A DNA stretch of 64,000 nt from Octopus sinensis (lineage: Eukaryota), in NCBI RefSeq assembly GCF_006345805.1, contig NC_043019.1:19901360-19965359 (forward strand). The letters are read 5' to 3'. Numbering within the stretch: the first letter of the stretch is position 1; each line of letters starts with the position of its first letter. Under the pieces are notes generated by a model that did no database searches, was not told where the DNA came from, and saw only the letters and a list, made by a program, of their open reading frames with translations. Of the stretch, positions 49,701-60,885 are shown piece after piece. The translations under genes were made by a program, and so were the position numbers.

Positions 49701-52700
49701 GTTACAAAATGTCAAAATGTTGCGAATGTGTAGTTGAAAAACAACAAAAAATTTAGAGATCTCTTAGGTAAAGATAAGTTAACTGATTGATAATAAGTTT
49801 ATATTTATCCAAGATATCACAAAAGTCTCAAAAGTTTTCAGGTTACAAAGTGTCAAATGTTGCGAATGTGTAGTTGAAAACAACAAAAATTTAGTGATCT
49901 GTTACGTAAGATAAGTTAACTGATTGATAATAAGCTTATATTTATCCAAGATATCACTTAAGTCTCAAAAGTTTTCAGGTTACAAGGTTACAAGGTGTCA
50001 AAATGTTGCGAATGTTTAGTTGAAAAACAAGAAAAAATTTAGTGATCTGTTACGTAAAGATAAGTTACTGATTGATAATAAGTTTATATTTATCCAAGAT
50101 ATCACAAAAGTCTCAAAAGTTTTCAGGTTACAAGTGTCAAATTTGTACTTTAAAAACTACAAAAAAATTTAGTGATCTCTTAGGTAAAGATAAGTTAACT
50201 GATTGATAATAAGCTTATATTTATCCAAGATATCACTAAAGTCTCAAAAGTTTTCAGGTTACAAAGTGTCAAAATGTTGCGAATGTGTAGTTGAAAAACA
50301 ACAAAAAATTTAGTGATCTGTTACGTAAAGATAAGTTAACTGATTGATAATAAGCTTATATTTATCCAAGATATCACTTAAGTCTCAAAAGTTTTCAGGT
50401 TACAAGGTGTCAAAATGTTGCGAATGTGTAGTTGAAAAACAACAAAAAATTTAGTGATCTGTTATGTAAAGATAAGTTAACTGATTGATAATAAGCTTAT
50501 ATTTATCCAAGATATCACTAAAGTCTCAAAAGTTTTCAGGTTACAAGTGTCAAAATGTTGTTGTTCAAATATGTACTTCAAAACTACAAAAAATTTAGTG
50601 ATCTGTTATGTAAAGATAAGTTAACTGATTGATAATAAGCTTATATTTATCCAAGATATCACTAAAGTCTCAAAAGTTTTCAGGTTACAAAGTGTCAAAT
50701 GTTGCGAATGTGTAGTTGAAAAACAAGAAAAAATTTAGAGATCTCTTAGGTAAAGATAAGTTAACTGATTGATAATAAGCTTATATTTATCCAAGATATC
50801 ACTAAAGTCTCAAAAGTTTTCAGGTTACAAAGTGTCAAAATGTTGCGAATGTGTAGTTGAAAAACAACAAAAAATTTAGTGATCTGTTACGTAAAGATAA
50901 GTTAACTGATTGATAATAAGCTTATATTTATCCAAGATATCACTTAAGTCTCAAAAGTTTTCAGGTTACAAGTGTCAAAATGTGTGAATGTGTAGTTGAA
51001 AAACAAGAAAAAATTTAGTGATCTTTACGTAAAGATAAGTTAACTGATTGATAATAAGTTTATATTTATCCAAGATATCACAAAGTCTCAAAGTTTTCAG
51101 GTTACAAAGTGTCAAAATGCAATGTGTACTTTAAAAACTACAAAAAATTTAGTGATCTCTTAGGTAAAGATAATAAGTTAACTGATTGATAATAAGTTTA
51201 TATTTATCCAAGATATCACTAAGTCTCAAAAGTTTTCAGGTTACAAAGTGTCAAAATGCTGCAAATGATTAGTTGAAAAACAACAAAAAATTTAGTGATC
51301 TCTTAGGTAAAGATAAGTTAACTGATTGATAATAAGCTTATATTTATATAAGGTATCACTAAAGTCTCAAAAGTTTTCAGGTTACAAAGTGTCAAAATGT
51401 TGCAAATGTGTACTTCAAAAACTAAAAAAATTTAGTGATCTCTTAGGTAAAGATAACTTAACTGATTGATAATAAGCTTATATTTATCCAAGATATCACT
51501 AAAGTCTCAAAAGTTTTCAGGTTACAAAGTTTCAAAATGTTGCGAATGTGTAGTTGAAAAACAACATAAAAATTTAGAGATCTTTGAGGTAAAGATAAGT
51601 TAACTGATTGATAATAAGCTTATATTTATCCAAGATATCACTAAGTCTCAAAAGTTTTCAGGTTACAAGTGTCAAAATGTTGCAAATGTGTACTTCAAAA
51701 ACTACAAAAAATTTAGTGATCTCTTAGTAAAGATAAGTTAACTGATTGATACTAAGTTTTATTTATCCAAGATATCACTAAGTCTCAAAAGTTTTCAGGT
51801 TAGAAGGTGTCAAAATGTTGCAAATGTTTAGTTGAAAAACAACAAAAATTTAGTGATCTCTTAGGTAAAGATAAGTTAACTGATTGATAATAAGCTTATA
51901 TTTATCCAGATATCACTAAAGTCTCAAAAGTTTTCAGGTTACAAACTGTCAAAATGTTGCAAATGTTACTTCAAAAACATAAAAATTTAGTGATCTGTTA
52001 CGTAAAGATAAGTTAACTGATTGATAATAAGCTTATTTATCCAAGATAACACTTAAGTCTCAAAAGTTTTCAGGTTACAAAGTGTCAAAATGTTGCAAAT
52101 ATGTTACTTTCAAAAACTACAAAAAATTTAGTGATCTGTTACGTAAAGATAAGTTAACTGATTGATAATAAGCTTATATTTATCCAAGATATCACTTAAG
52201 TCTCAAAAGTTTTCAGGTTACAAAATGTCAAAATGTTGCGAATGTGTAGTTGAAAAACAACAAAAAATTTAGAGATCTCTTAGGTAAAGATAAGTTAACT
52301 GATTGATAATAAGCTTATATTTATCCAAGATATCACTAAAGTCTCAAAAGTTTTCAGGTTACAAAGTGTCAAAATGTTGCGAATGTGTAGTTGAAAAACA
52401 ACAAAAAATTTAGTGATCTGTTACGTAAAGATAAGTTAACTGATTGATAATAAGCTTATATTTATCCAAGATATCACTTAAGTCTCAAAAGTTTTCAGGT
52501 TACAAGGTGTCAAAATGTTGCGAATGTGTAGTTGAAAATTTAGTGATCTGTTACATAAAGATAAGTTAACTGATTGATACTAAGATTATTTTTATCCAAG
52601 ATATCACTTAAGTCTGAAAAGTTTTCAGGTTACAAAGTGTCAAAATGTTGCGAATGTGTAGTTGAAAAACAACAAAAAGTTCAGAGATCTCTTAGGTAAA

Positions 52701-53979
52701 GATAAGTTAACTGATTGATAATAAGCTTATATTTATCCAAGATATCACTAACGTCTCAAAAGTTTTCAGGTTACAAACTGTCAAAATGTTGCAAATATGT
52801 ACTTCAAAAACTACAAAAAATTTAGTGATCTCTTAGGTAAAGATAAGTTAACTGATTGATAATAAGTTTATATTTATCCAAGATATCACTAAAGTCTCAA
52901 AAGTTTTCAGGTTAGAAAGTGTCAAAATGTTGCAAATGTTTAGTTGAAAAACAACAAAAAATTTAGTGATCTGTTACGTAAAGATAAGTTAACTGATTGA
53001 TAATAAGCTTATATTTATCCAAGATATCACTTAAGTCTCAAAAGTTTTCAGGTTACAAAGTGTCAAAATGTTGCGAATGTGTAGTGGAAAAACAACAAAA
53101 AATTTAGTGATCTCTTACGTAAAGATAAGTTAACTGATTGATAATAAGCTTATATTTATCCAAGATAACACTTAAGTCTCAAAACTTTTCAGGTTACAAG
53201 GTGTTAAAATGTTGCGAATGTGTAGTTGAAAAATAACAAAAAATTTAGTGATCTGTTACGTAAAGATAAGTTAACTGATTGATAATAAGCTTATATTTAT
53301 CCAAGATATCACTTAAGTCTCAAAAGTTTTCAGGTTACAAAGTGTCAAAATGTTGCGAATGTGTAGTGGAAAAACAACAAAAAATTTAGAGATCTCTTAG
53401 GTAAAGATAAGTTAACTGATTAATAATAAACTTATATTTATCCAAGATATCACTAAAGTCTCAAAAGTTTTCAGGTTACAAAGTGTCAAAATGTTGCGAA
53501 CGTGTAGTTGAAAAACAACAAAAAATTTAGAGATCTCTTAGGTAAAGATAAGTTAACTGATTGATAATAAGCTTATATTTATCCAAGATATCACTTAAGT
53601 CTCAAAAGTATTCAGGTTTGAAAGTGTCAAAATGTTGCGAATGTGTACTTCAAAAACTACAAAAAATTTAGTGATCTCTTAAGTAAAGATAAGTTAACTG
53701 ATTGATAATAAGCTTATATTTATCCAAGATATCACTAAAGTCTCAAAAGTTTTCAGGTTACAAACTGTCAAAATGTTGCAAATATGTACTTCAAAAACTA
53801 CAAAAAATTTAGTGATCTCTTAGGTAAAGATAAGTTAACTGATTGATAATAAGTTTATATTTATCCAAGATATCACTAAAGTCTCAAAAGTTTTCAGGTT
53901 AGAAAGTGTCAAAATGTTGCAAATGTTTAGTTGAAAAACAACAAAAAATTTAGTGATGATAAGTTAACTGATTGATAAT
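31784..53979 (+). repeat. Tandem satellite array, 141-bp monomer, roughly 155-160 assembled copies, with higher-order structure
   Basis: Consensus GTTACAAAGTGTCAAAATGTTGCGAATGTGTAGTTGAAAAACAACAAAAAATTTAGTGATCTGTTACGTAAAGATAAGTTAACTGATTGATAATAAGCTTATATTTATCCAAGATATCACTAAAGTCTCAAAAGTTTTCAG. The period is 141 (e.g. TTTTCAGG at 33061 and 33202), with recurrent ~131-bp and ~129-bp deletion variants. The copy number is estimated as length divided by period. Confidence 0.98.
42860..42959. other. Assembly gap (exactly 100 N)
   Basis: A run of 100 Ns inside the satellite. A round length is typical of a placeholder for a gap of unknown size. Confidence 0.97.
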
Positions 53980-54185
53980 TCTTCTTTGCACTTCATAACG
54001 AAGACTTAACACGATGTAAATAAAGACATTTGAGAGATTTGAAAAGTTAACACGAAACTGGTAATTTCTTCAAAAACTGTTATTGTATGAAAAAATTTTA
54101 TAACATTCTTCTAACATAATGACTCAAATATATTCTTTAACCTTATAAAACAAGCCTTCTGTAGTTTTTTCACTATTCACTATTT

Positions 54186-54214
54186 ACTGTCACATTGAGT
54201 TGACAGTATACAAC

Positions 54215-54264
<50 letters not shown>

Positions 54265-54293
54265 GTTGTATACTGTCAACTCAATGTGACAGT
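54186..54293. repeat. Perfect 108-bp palindrome: 32-bp arms around (TA)22
   Basis: ACTGTCACATTGAGTTGACAGTATACAACCAC (54186-54217), then (TA)22 (54218-54261), then the exact reverse complement (54262-54293). Confidence 0.97.
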
Positions 54294-54539
54294 CTCGTAA
54301 GGGAATTACACCACCACCAGCTTTGACATATTTCCTCTGTCCTAATATTTGCAAAGGGGAGGCAATCACCCCCGCAAGTCAGGACAAGGCTTGCAGGGGT
54401 GATTGCCTCCCTTTTGCAAATATAAGGACACAGAAAATGTGTCAAAGCCGACAGGAGACGTCGATGTTTCCTAGGGCTAAATAGCAGTGGTGTGATTCCC
54501 TTATGGGACTGTCACATTGAGTTGACAGTATATGACCAC
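54262..54539. mobile_element. Foldback MITE (278 bp) flanked by TA/TATA
   Basis: Outer TIRs 54262-54314 / 54487-54539 are 48/53 complementary, with all five mismatches transitions. The inner IR 54320-54379 / 54389-54448 is 53/60 with a 9-nt loop. TATA lies on both sides. Confidence 0.8.
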
Positions 54540-55402
54540 TATATCGCTCCACCACCACTTATGTCTCTCTGAGACATTTAGAAATTCAATATTTCTAATA
54601 TATATATATATATGAATGAAGGTATGACTAAAATATTAATCTTCAAACAATACAAAAATATGTACACACGAAAGGATTATTTGCTTTATTCAGTTTTTGA
54701 TTTGACTGCCCTTGCTTTCAATGACTGCATTAAGTCTTCTGTTTTGTGTTCCAAATTTGTTGCATTGCAGTGTGGCACATGTAGCCAGCGCCATTTTGTA
54801 CGAGATCTCGCTGGCAGACATTATCTTGTCCGAGACAAGAGCGAGATCTCGCATACAACTGTTGCCATGCGTGACACCACAATGAGGCTCTCCTGGGCAA
54901 CGGCTATTTAAGCAGATATGAACTACATTCAACCTCTTGCTTATGATGAGAGACACTACAAAGCAGGCAGCTACAGCGGACTCTAACCCACTCTAACCAC
55001 ATATGTTATTCTCCAGAGGTAATGTACCTCACGTGAGTGGAGATATCACAAGTCATGAGCTGCCATGAAGATGGACACCTAGAACAGGACACAAGATCAG
55101 GAATCACAATAAACGAATTATTGAATTGCATCTGCTCGTGAGCTTCTTTTGCCATCCAGATCCTTAGACAGAAAATAATTATAATGGGAGAAGGTGATAC
55201 TCTACCAATATCATGAACCTTTCCTTTCCCTTATAGTATAATATTTGCAAGTACAATATATTTTATTCAGTATAAATTTCATTTGATTTTCCCTGATATT
55301 ATCAGAGTAATGGCAATTTTGCTGAAATTTTGTAGGGGTATACATACTTCTGTGAGGTACTGTATATAGATATATACAGTACTGTGTGTGTGTGTATATA
55401 TA

Positions 55403-55440
<38 letters not shown>

Positions 55441-56033
55441 TTTCTATTCCTGAGCGTTATACTAATACATCTTTTTGTTTTGTACACCACCTGTCTTCGT
55501 CTTTTGGTTTTTTTTTGTAAACTTTCCCTATATATATATTGCTTCTAACATCGCACACATCAATAGACATAAAAATGCACCCACACAACCCCCAAACTGC
55601 AACTTCCGAAACCCTACCACCATGCAGCCAATTTCCTGTTCTCCATGCGATATTTTCCAACTAATTGTTGTCGCTGAAATACCAACATCAAACCGCTATA
55701 CTGTGTGACCTTTCTTGACCAATTGCAGGCTAACGTCCAGTAGTAAACATTGACTCTCTTTGATTGAACTCTCATTTAGACTCCAATAGCCAGAGACTAG
55801 CCAAACATTTGAAACAAAGGAGTCTGAATCAAACTTTTGATCTAGTCATGTAACACCCAATAAATGTGTTGAGTGCCCTTTTTCCATTTGTTTACTCACT
55901 TGTATGTGTGTGTGTGTGTGTGTGTGCGCATGTGTGTGCATTTTGTTGATGAATGAATGTAACCATGATGATAAAATTTTTACTTGTATTAATTTATAAA
56001 TCATACATCTGTACTATATAATTTATATTATAT

Positions 56034-56351
56034 GAGAGACCTCCTTCGGTCATGACTGACCATGGGATGGACCTAGAAAGTTACCCTCCAAGACAAGTTT
56101 GTTTATGGAAGACCAGCAGTCACCCATACATACTGGCCTCTCCTTGCCACCAGTGTTATCCAAGGGAAAGGCAAAGTCCGATGCAGCTTGGCACCTGTGA
56201 TGTCGCAACACATTTCTACAGCTGAGTGAACTGGAGCAACATGAAATAAAGTGTCTTGCTCAAGAACACAACACACAGCCCGATTTGGGATTTGAATTCA
56301 CAACCTCACGATCGTAAGCCCGACACTCCAACCACTGAGCCATGTGCCTTC
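56034..56351 (-). mobile_element. tRNA-derived SINE (family B)
   Basis: Colinear with 8645-8983 including CAGCTGAGTGAACTGGAGCAAC and the CCACTGAGCCATG head. Confidence 0.85.
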
Positions 56352-56769
56352 ACAATTTATATCATATACATTAATACAAGCATGTAAAATAATTTATTAT
56401 TTATTATATACCAAAATAAATTGTTTCTCTGTAATAAAGGCTATGAAATGATCATCATTATATGGATGTCAACTAGTGAAATAAATATATTCATCTTATA
56501 GCTCCTCTCTTTCTTAATATTCTATATACTCCTAATGAAATGATCATTGCTGATTGGATTTACAAGCATATAGATATTTATATATATTTTGACAAATCTA
56601 TTTAATTTTACATGGAGTATAAAAAAATTAAGAAAACTAAGGGGAGAATGCATAGTTTCCTTTAACTTGACAGGTGTTTGTGGGAGTCCTGAATCAAATA
56701 ATAATCATAATGATCATAATTAGCAGATGGAATGTGCAAAAAGTATGGATATGCATGATGGTCACATGC

Positions 56770-56993
56770 AGACATTACAATAAGACTGGCATCCTTCATC
56801 AGGAGAGAAAATTAGCAAATAGCTAGAGGGGATAAGTCAATTAGATCAACCCCAGTTTTCAACTGGTTCTTAGTTTATTGACTCCAAAAGGATGAAAGAC
56901 AAAGTCAGAATGTAAAGATGGATGAAATGCTGCTAAGTATTTTATCTTCCTAGCTAACAATTCTACCAGCTTTAACAATAATCTATACCAGCC

Positions 56994-57043
<50 letters not shown>

Positions 57044-57793
57044 TATCATTATTATTATAATAATCCTTTCTACTACAGGCACAAGGCCTGAAATATTTAG
57101 GGTAGGGGTCTAGTTGATTATATTGACCCCGGTGTTTCACTGGTACTTAATTTATTAACTTCGAAAGGATGACAAGCAAAGTCAACCTACATGGAATTTG
57201 AACTCAGAATGTAACAATGGTGGAAATGCCACTAAGCATGACTCTGCCAGCTTTAGCAACCATAATAATAATAATTGCCTTGATGCAGTAATAGGCAGTG
57301 GCTTCATGAAGTGTTATCATGTATATTGTTTTGTCTTCATATAAAAGATGGGCTACAGCAAATATTCTGCTCAATACCACAGATTTGCTTGTCAGTTGTT
57401 TGAGCTTAACCAGTTGAGCATGTCCCTTGGTGGTTGACAATATGTGCATCTCTGATCACAAGCAGGAGTAGCCATGTGTTGAGAAGAATTCTTTGGGTTT
57501 TGAATAATTTATCTCTGGAAACATAGGTGTTTCATTCATCATCTTTAAACAATGTTTATTCAGGGTCCATTTAAGTGGGATGGGCTACTCAAACTGAAGA
57601 AAATTCTAACTGGGCCCCACCTGCAAAGTCATGTGCAGTTTATCTTGATATCAGGTCACCATGCTGCACACATATGGTTGTGATGTATGAGCTCGGGGTA
57701 CCTTTATCAGGCAGGTACTCATGATGGATATATTGGGATTTTTTTATTTGTGCCCTAGTGTCACTTGGATGACATGCGCTGCTCTCTCACTCG
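56770..57793. repeat. Cluster of dispersed-repeat/SINE fragments separated by (TAA)n tracts
   Basis: ATAATCCTTTCTACT...GGATGA(A/C)AGGCAAAGT(C/T)GACC-type segments recur at 56770-56990, 57060-57260 and 59670-59940. Segment 57265-57793 ends in CTCTCTCACTCG-(ATA)n. (TAA)n occupies 56995-57042. Confidence 0.6.
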
Positions 57794-57830
<37 letters not shown>

Positions 57831-57832
<2 letters not shown>

Positions 57833-59601
57833 CTATACGCTGCAAATGACAATCAGCTGGAAACACTATTAAAGACAGTTCATGGATTTACCAAAGAAAT
57901 AGATATGAAATTTGGATTAGAAAAATGCACCAAAGTAACCATGAAAAGAGGAAAACTAGTTAAGAGTAACAACATCACACTAGATAAAACCAATGAAATA
58001 AAAGAATTAGACCAAAGCCAAACTTACAAATACTTAGGAATCCATGAACTAGATAAGACACAACACACATAAATGAAAGAGAAAATAAAAAAAGAATATT
58101 ATAGACGAGTTAGATCAATACTAAACACAGAGCTCAATGCTAAAAACAAGATAATAGGTATCAACACTTTAGCTGTCCCAGTTATAAGTTACAGCTACAA
58201 TATCCTTAACTGGACACGAAATGAATTGACCAAAATAGATAGGAAAACAAGAAAAATAATGACAGGATCTAGGATGCATCACCCAAAATCTGACATAGAA
58301 AGACTATATATACAACGTATAGAAGGTGGTAGAGGCCTTATACAGCTGGAAAACTACTATAAAATAACCACCATAGGACTGCAAAAATATCTACTTCAGA
58401 AGGAAGGAAAACTGATCCAGATAGCGGCAAAACACGAGCAAAACAAAAAACTGTTCTCAGTATTTAAGGAAGCTGACAAATACAAACAAGAAATCATACC
58501 ACCTAATAAACATGAAGAAGAAGAAGAGATGAAGAAACAACAAAAGCTATAAAACAAATGAAATCCAAACTAAAAATAGAACAGCAACGAACCATGATAA
58601 AACGATGGCAAGAAAAGCCCCTTCATGGTAAATACTGGACTAAACTAAACGCAAAAGAAATAGACAAAGAAAAATCCCAACAATGGTTGAGAAGCTCAGG
58701 ACTCAAAGCAGAAACAGAGGGATTTTTAATTGCAGCACAAGACCAAAGCCTCCCCACCAGAAATTACCAAAAACAGGTAATGAAAAGAAATATTACAAGT
58801 AACTGCAGAATATGTGGAGATGGACAAGAAACAATAAATCATATTATCTCTAGCAGGGATTTTTAATTGCAGCACAAGACCAAAGCCTCCCCACCAGAAA
58901 TTACCAAAAACAGGTAATGAAAAGAAATATTACAAGTAACTGCAGAATATGTGGAGATGGACAAGAAACAATAAATCATATTATCTCTAGCTGCCCAGTC
59001 ATGGCTAAGAAGGAATATATTCACAGACATGACAGAGTTGGAACCTACATACATTGGAAACTATGCCAACATTATGGAATAACAACAGAAAAAAGATGGT
59101 ATAGGCACACACCAGAAAAGGTCACAGAAAACGAGAAAGCAACCATACTCTGGGATATGCACACAGATAGAGAAATTAAGGCCAACAGACCAGATATAGT
59201 TGTCAGAGACCATGAAGAAAAAAAATGCTTTCTAATTGATGTATCAATACCGGCTGATGACAACATGTCTCTAAAAGAAATGGAGAAACTCTCAAAATAC
59301 AAAGACCTGGAAATAGAGGTAACTAGAATGTGGAATCTGAAAACAGAAACAATTCCTATCATAGTAGGTGCATTAGGCATGATAAAAAAATATTCAGACA
59401 AATACATAACAAAAACACCAGGACTTACAAACACATATAACATACAGAAAATTGCACTACTAGGCACTGCACACATCCTGCGCAGAACACTTTCCATACA
59501 ATAACCATCAGAGCATCACAACAAATCACAGCACATACCCAAGGCACACAGAGCTGCGCTCGGTAGTGAAGTGAAAGCACGCTATAAAAATAAAACTACT
59601 G
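57831..59601 (+). mobile_element. R4/Dong-clade LINE (RT C-half + CCHC + PD-(D/E)xK restriction-like endonuclease), 5'-truncated, disrupted
   Basis: KLYA (just after the RT YMDD position), MKFGLEKC, YKYLG, ERLYIQRIEGGRGL, KAETEGFLIAAQDQ, CRICG...HIISSCP, RHD, ANRPDIVV...LIDVSIP...EKLSKYKDL; stop at 59502-59504 and a ~100-bp 3' UTR. It is flanked by (ATA)n 57794-57830 and (AAT)n from 59602. It carries a frameshift at ~58550 and a 137-bp tandem duplication. Confidence 0.92.
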
Positions 59602-59980
59602 AATAATAATAATAATAATAATAATAGTAATAATAATAATAATAATAATGATAATAATAATGATAATGATAATCCTTTCTACTAAAGACACAAGACCTAA
59701 AATTTGTACTCAGAACGTAAAGACGGATGAAATACTGCTAAGCATTTTGCCTGGTGTGCTGACAATTCTACCAGCTCGCCCCCTTAATAATAACAACAAC
59801 AACAACATTAATAATCCTTTCTTAGGCATAAGGCCTTAAATTTTGTGGGGAGTGGGGTCAGTCAATTAGATCGACTCCAGTATGCAACTGGTACTTAATT
59901 TACCGACCCTGGAAGGATGAAAGGCAAAGTTGACCTCGGCAACTTTATGTGGTCCATTGTAACTGTTATTTGAAGTTTAT

Positions 59981-60360
59981 GAAGGCATGTGGCTTAGTGG
60001 TTAGGGAGTTTGGCTCATGATCATAATGTAGTGAGTTCAATTTCCAGCAGTTTTGTGTCCTTGAGTAAGGCTGTTCTGTTGATCAACTGAAATACTCATT
60101 GCTGTAACTGATGGTGTGCCAGTTTTTGTGTGTCCTTGAGCAAGACACTTTATTTCATGTTGCTCCAATCCACTCAGCTGGCAAAAATGAGTTGTACCTC
60201 TATTCCAAAGGACCAGCCTTATCATATTCTGTGTCAAACTAAACCTGCCTGGAATTATGTTAACGGTACGCATGTCTGTGGAGTGCTCAGCCACTTGCAT
60301 GTTAATTTCACAAGCAGGCTGTTCTGTCAATCAGATCAGCTGGAACTCATCATCATCATA
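59981..60360 (+). mobile_element. tRNA-derived SINE (head shared with family B, different body), (CAT)n tail
   Basis: GAAGGCATGTGGCTTAGTGGTTAGGG...GAGTTCAATTTCC...GTGTCCTTGAGCAAGACACTTTATTTC; ends in (CAT)n. Confidence 0.75.
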
Positions 60361-60885
60361 ATCAACAGAGCACTAATTTTCTTCTTTACACTTTTTCTTT
60401 TTTGAGGCTTTAAAGGGAACCAACATCTGATCCTAACTGAATTGTTTACCATTTCTGCAGACTGCAGAGGAATCCATGTGTTTGTGATACAGGTTTGGCT
60501 GTTACATATAATATGTATATCCAGATTTCATAATAGTATATACCTATAATGAGGAGAGTGTTAGAGGCAAGAGTGATGCATAATACTCCTCTCTTACATA
60601 TCTGTGCATTCAGGTTAGATAACTTGTGTCTATAGAGATGGAAATGATATGAGGGACACAGAACATCTATTTCTTGCATATTTAGATATTTAGGTTAAAC
60701 AACTGGTGTCTTTAATATTAGAAGTGGTACGGACAGGTGGGGATACAGGACATTCCTTTCTTTCATGTCTGGATATTCCCGTTAGATAACTTGTGTATAT
60801 AGAGATGGGAGTCATAAAGGTAAGGCGAAATATGTATCTTTCATGAATCTGTGCATTTGGGTTAGACAGCTTGTGTCTATAGTGT

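Noticed and set aside
31784-53979. Satellite as a CRISPR array or a repetitive protein-coding gene (141 = 47 codons)
   Set aside because: There are no unique spacers and no cas genes, and the context is eukaryotic. All three forward frames of the consensus contain stops. The listed ORFs arise only from indels or N runs.
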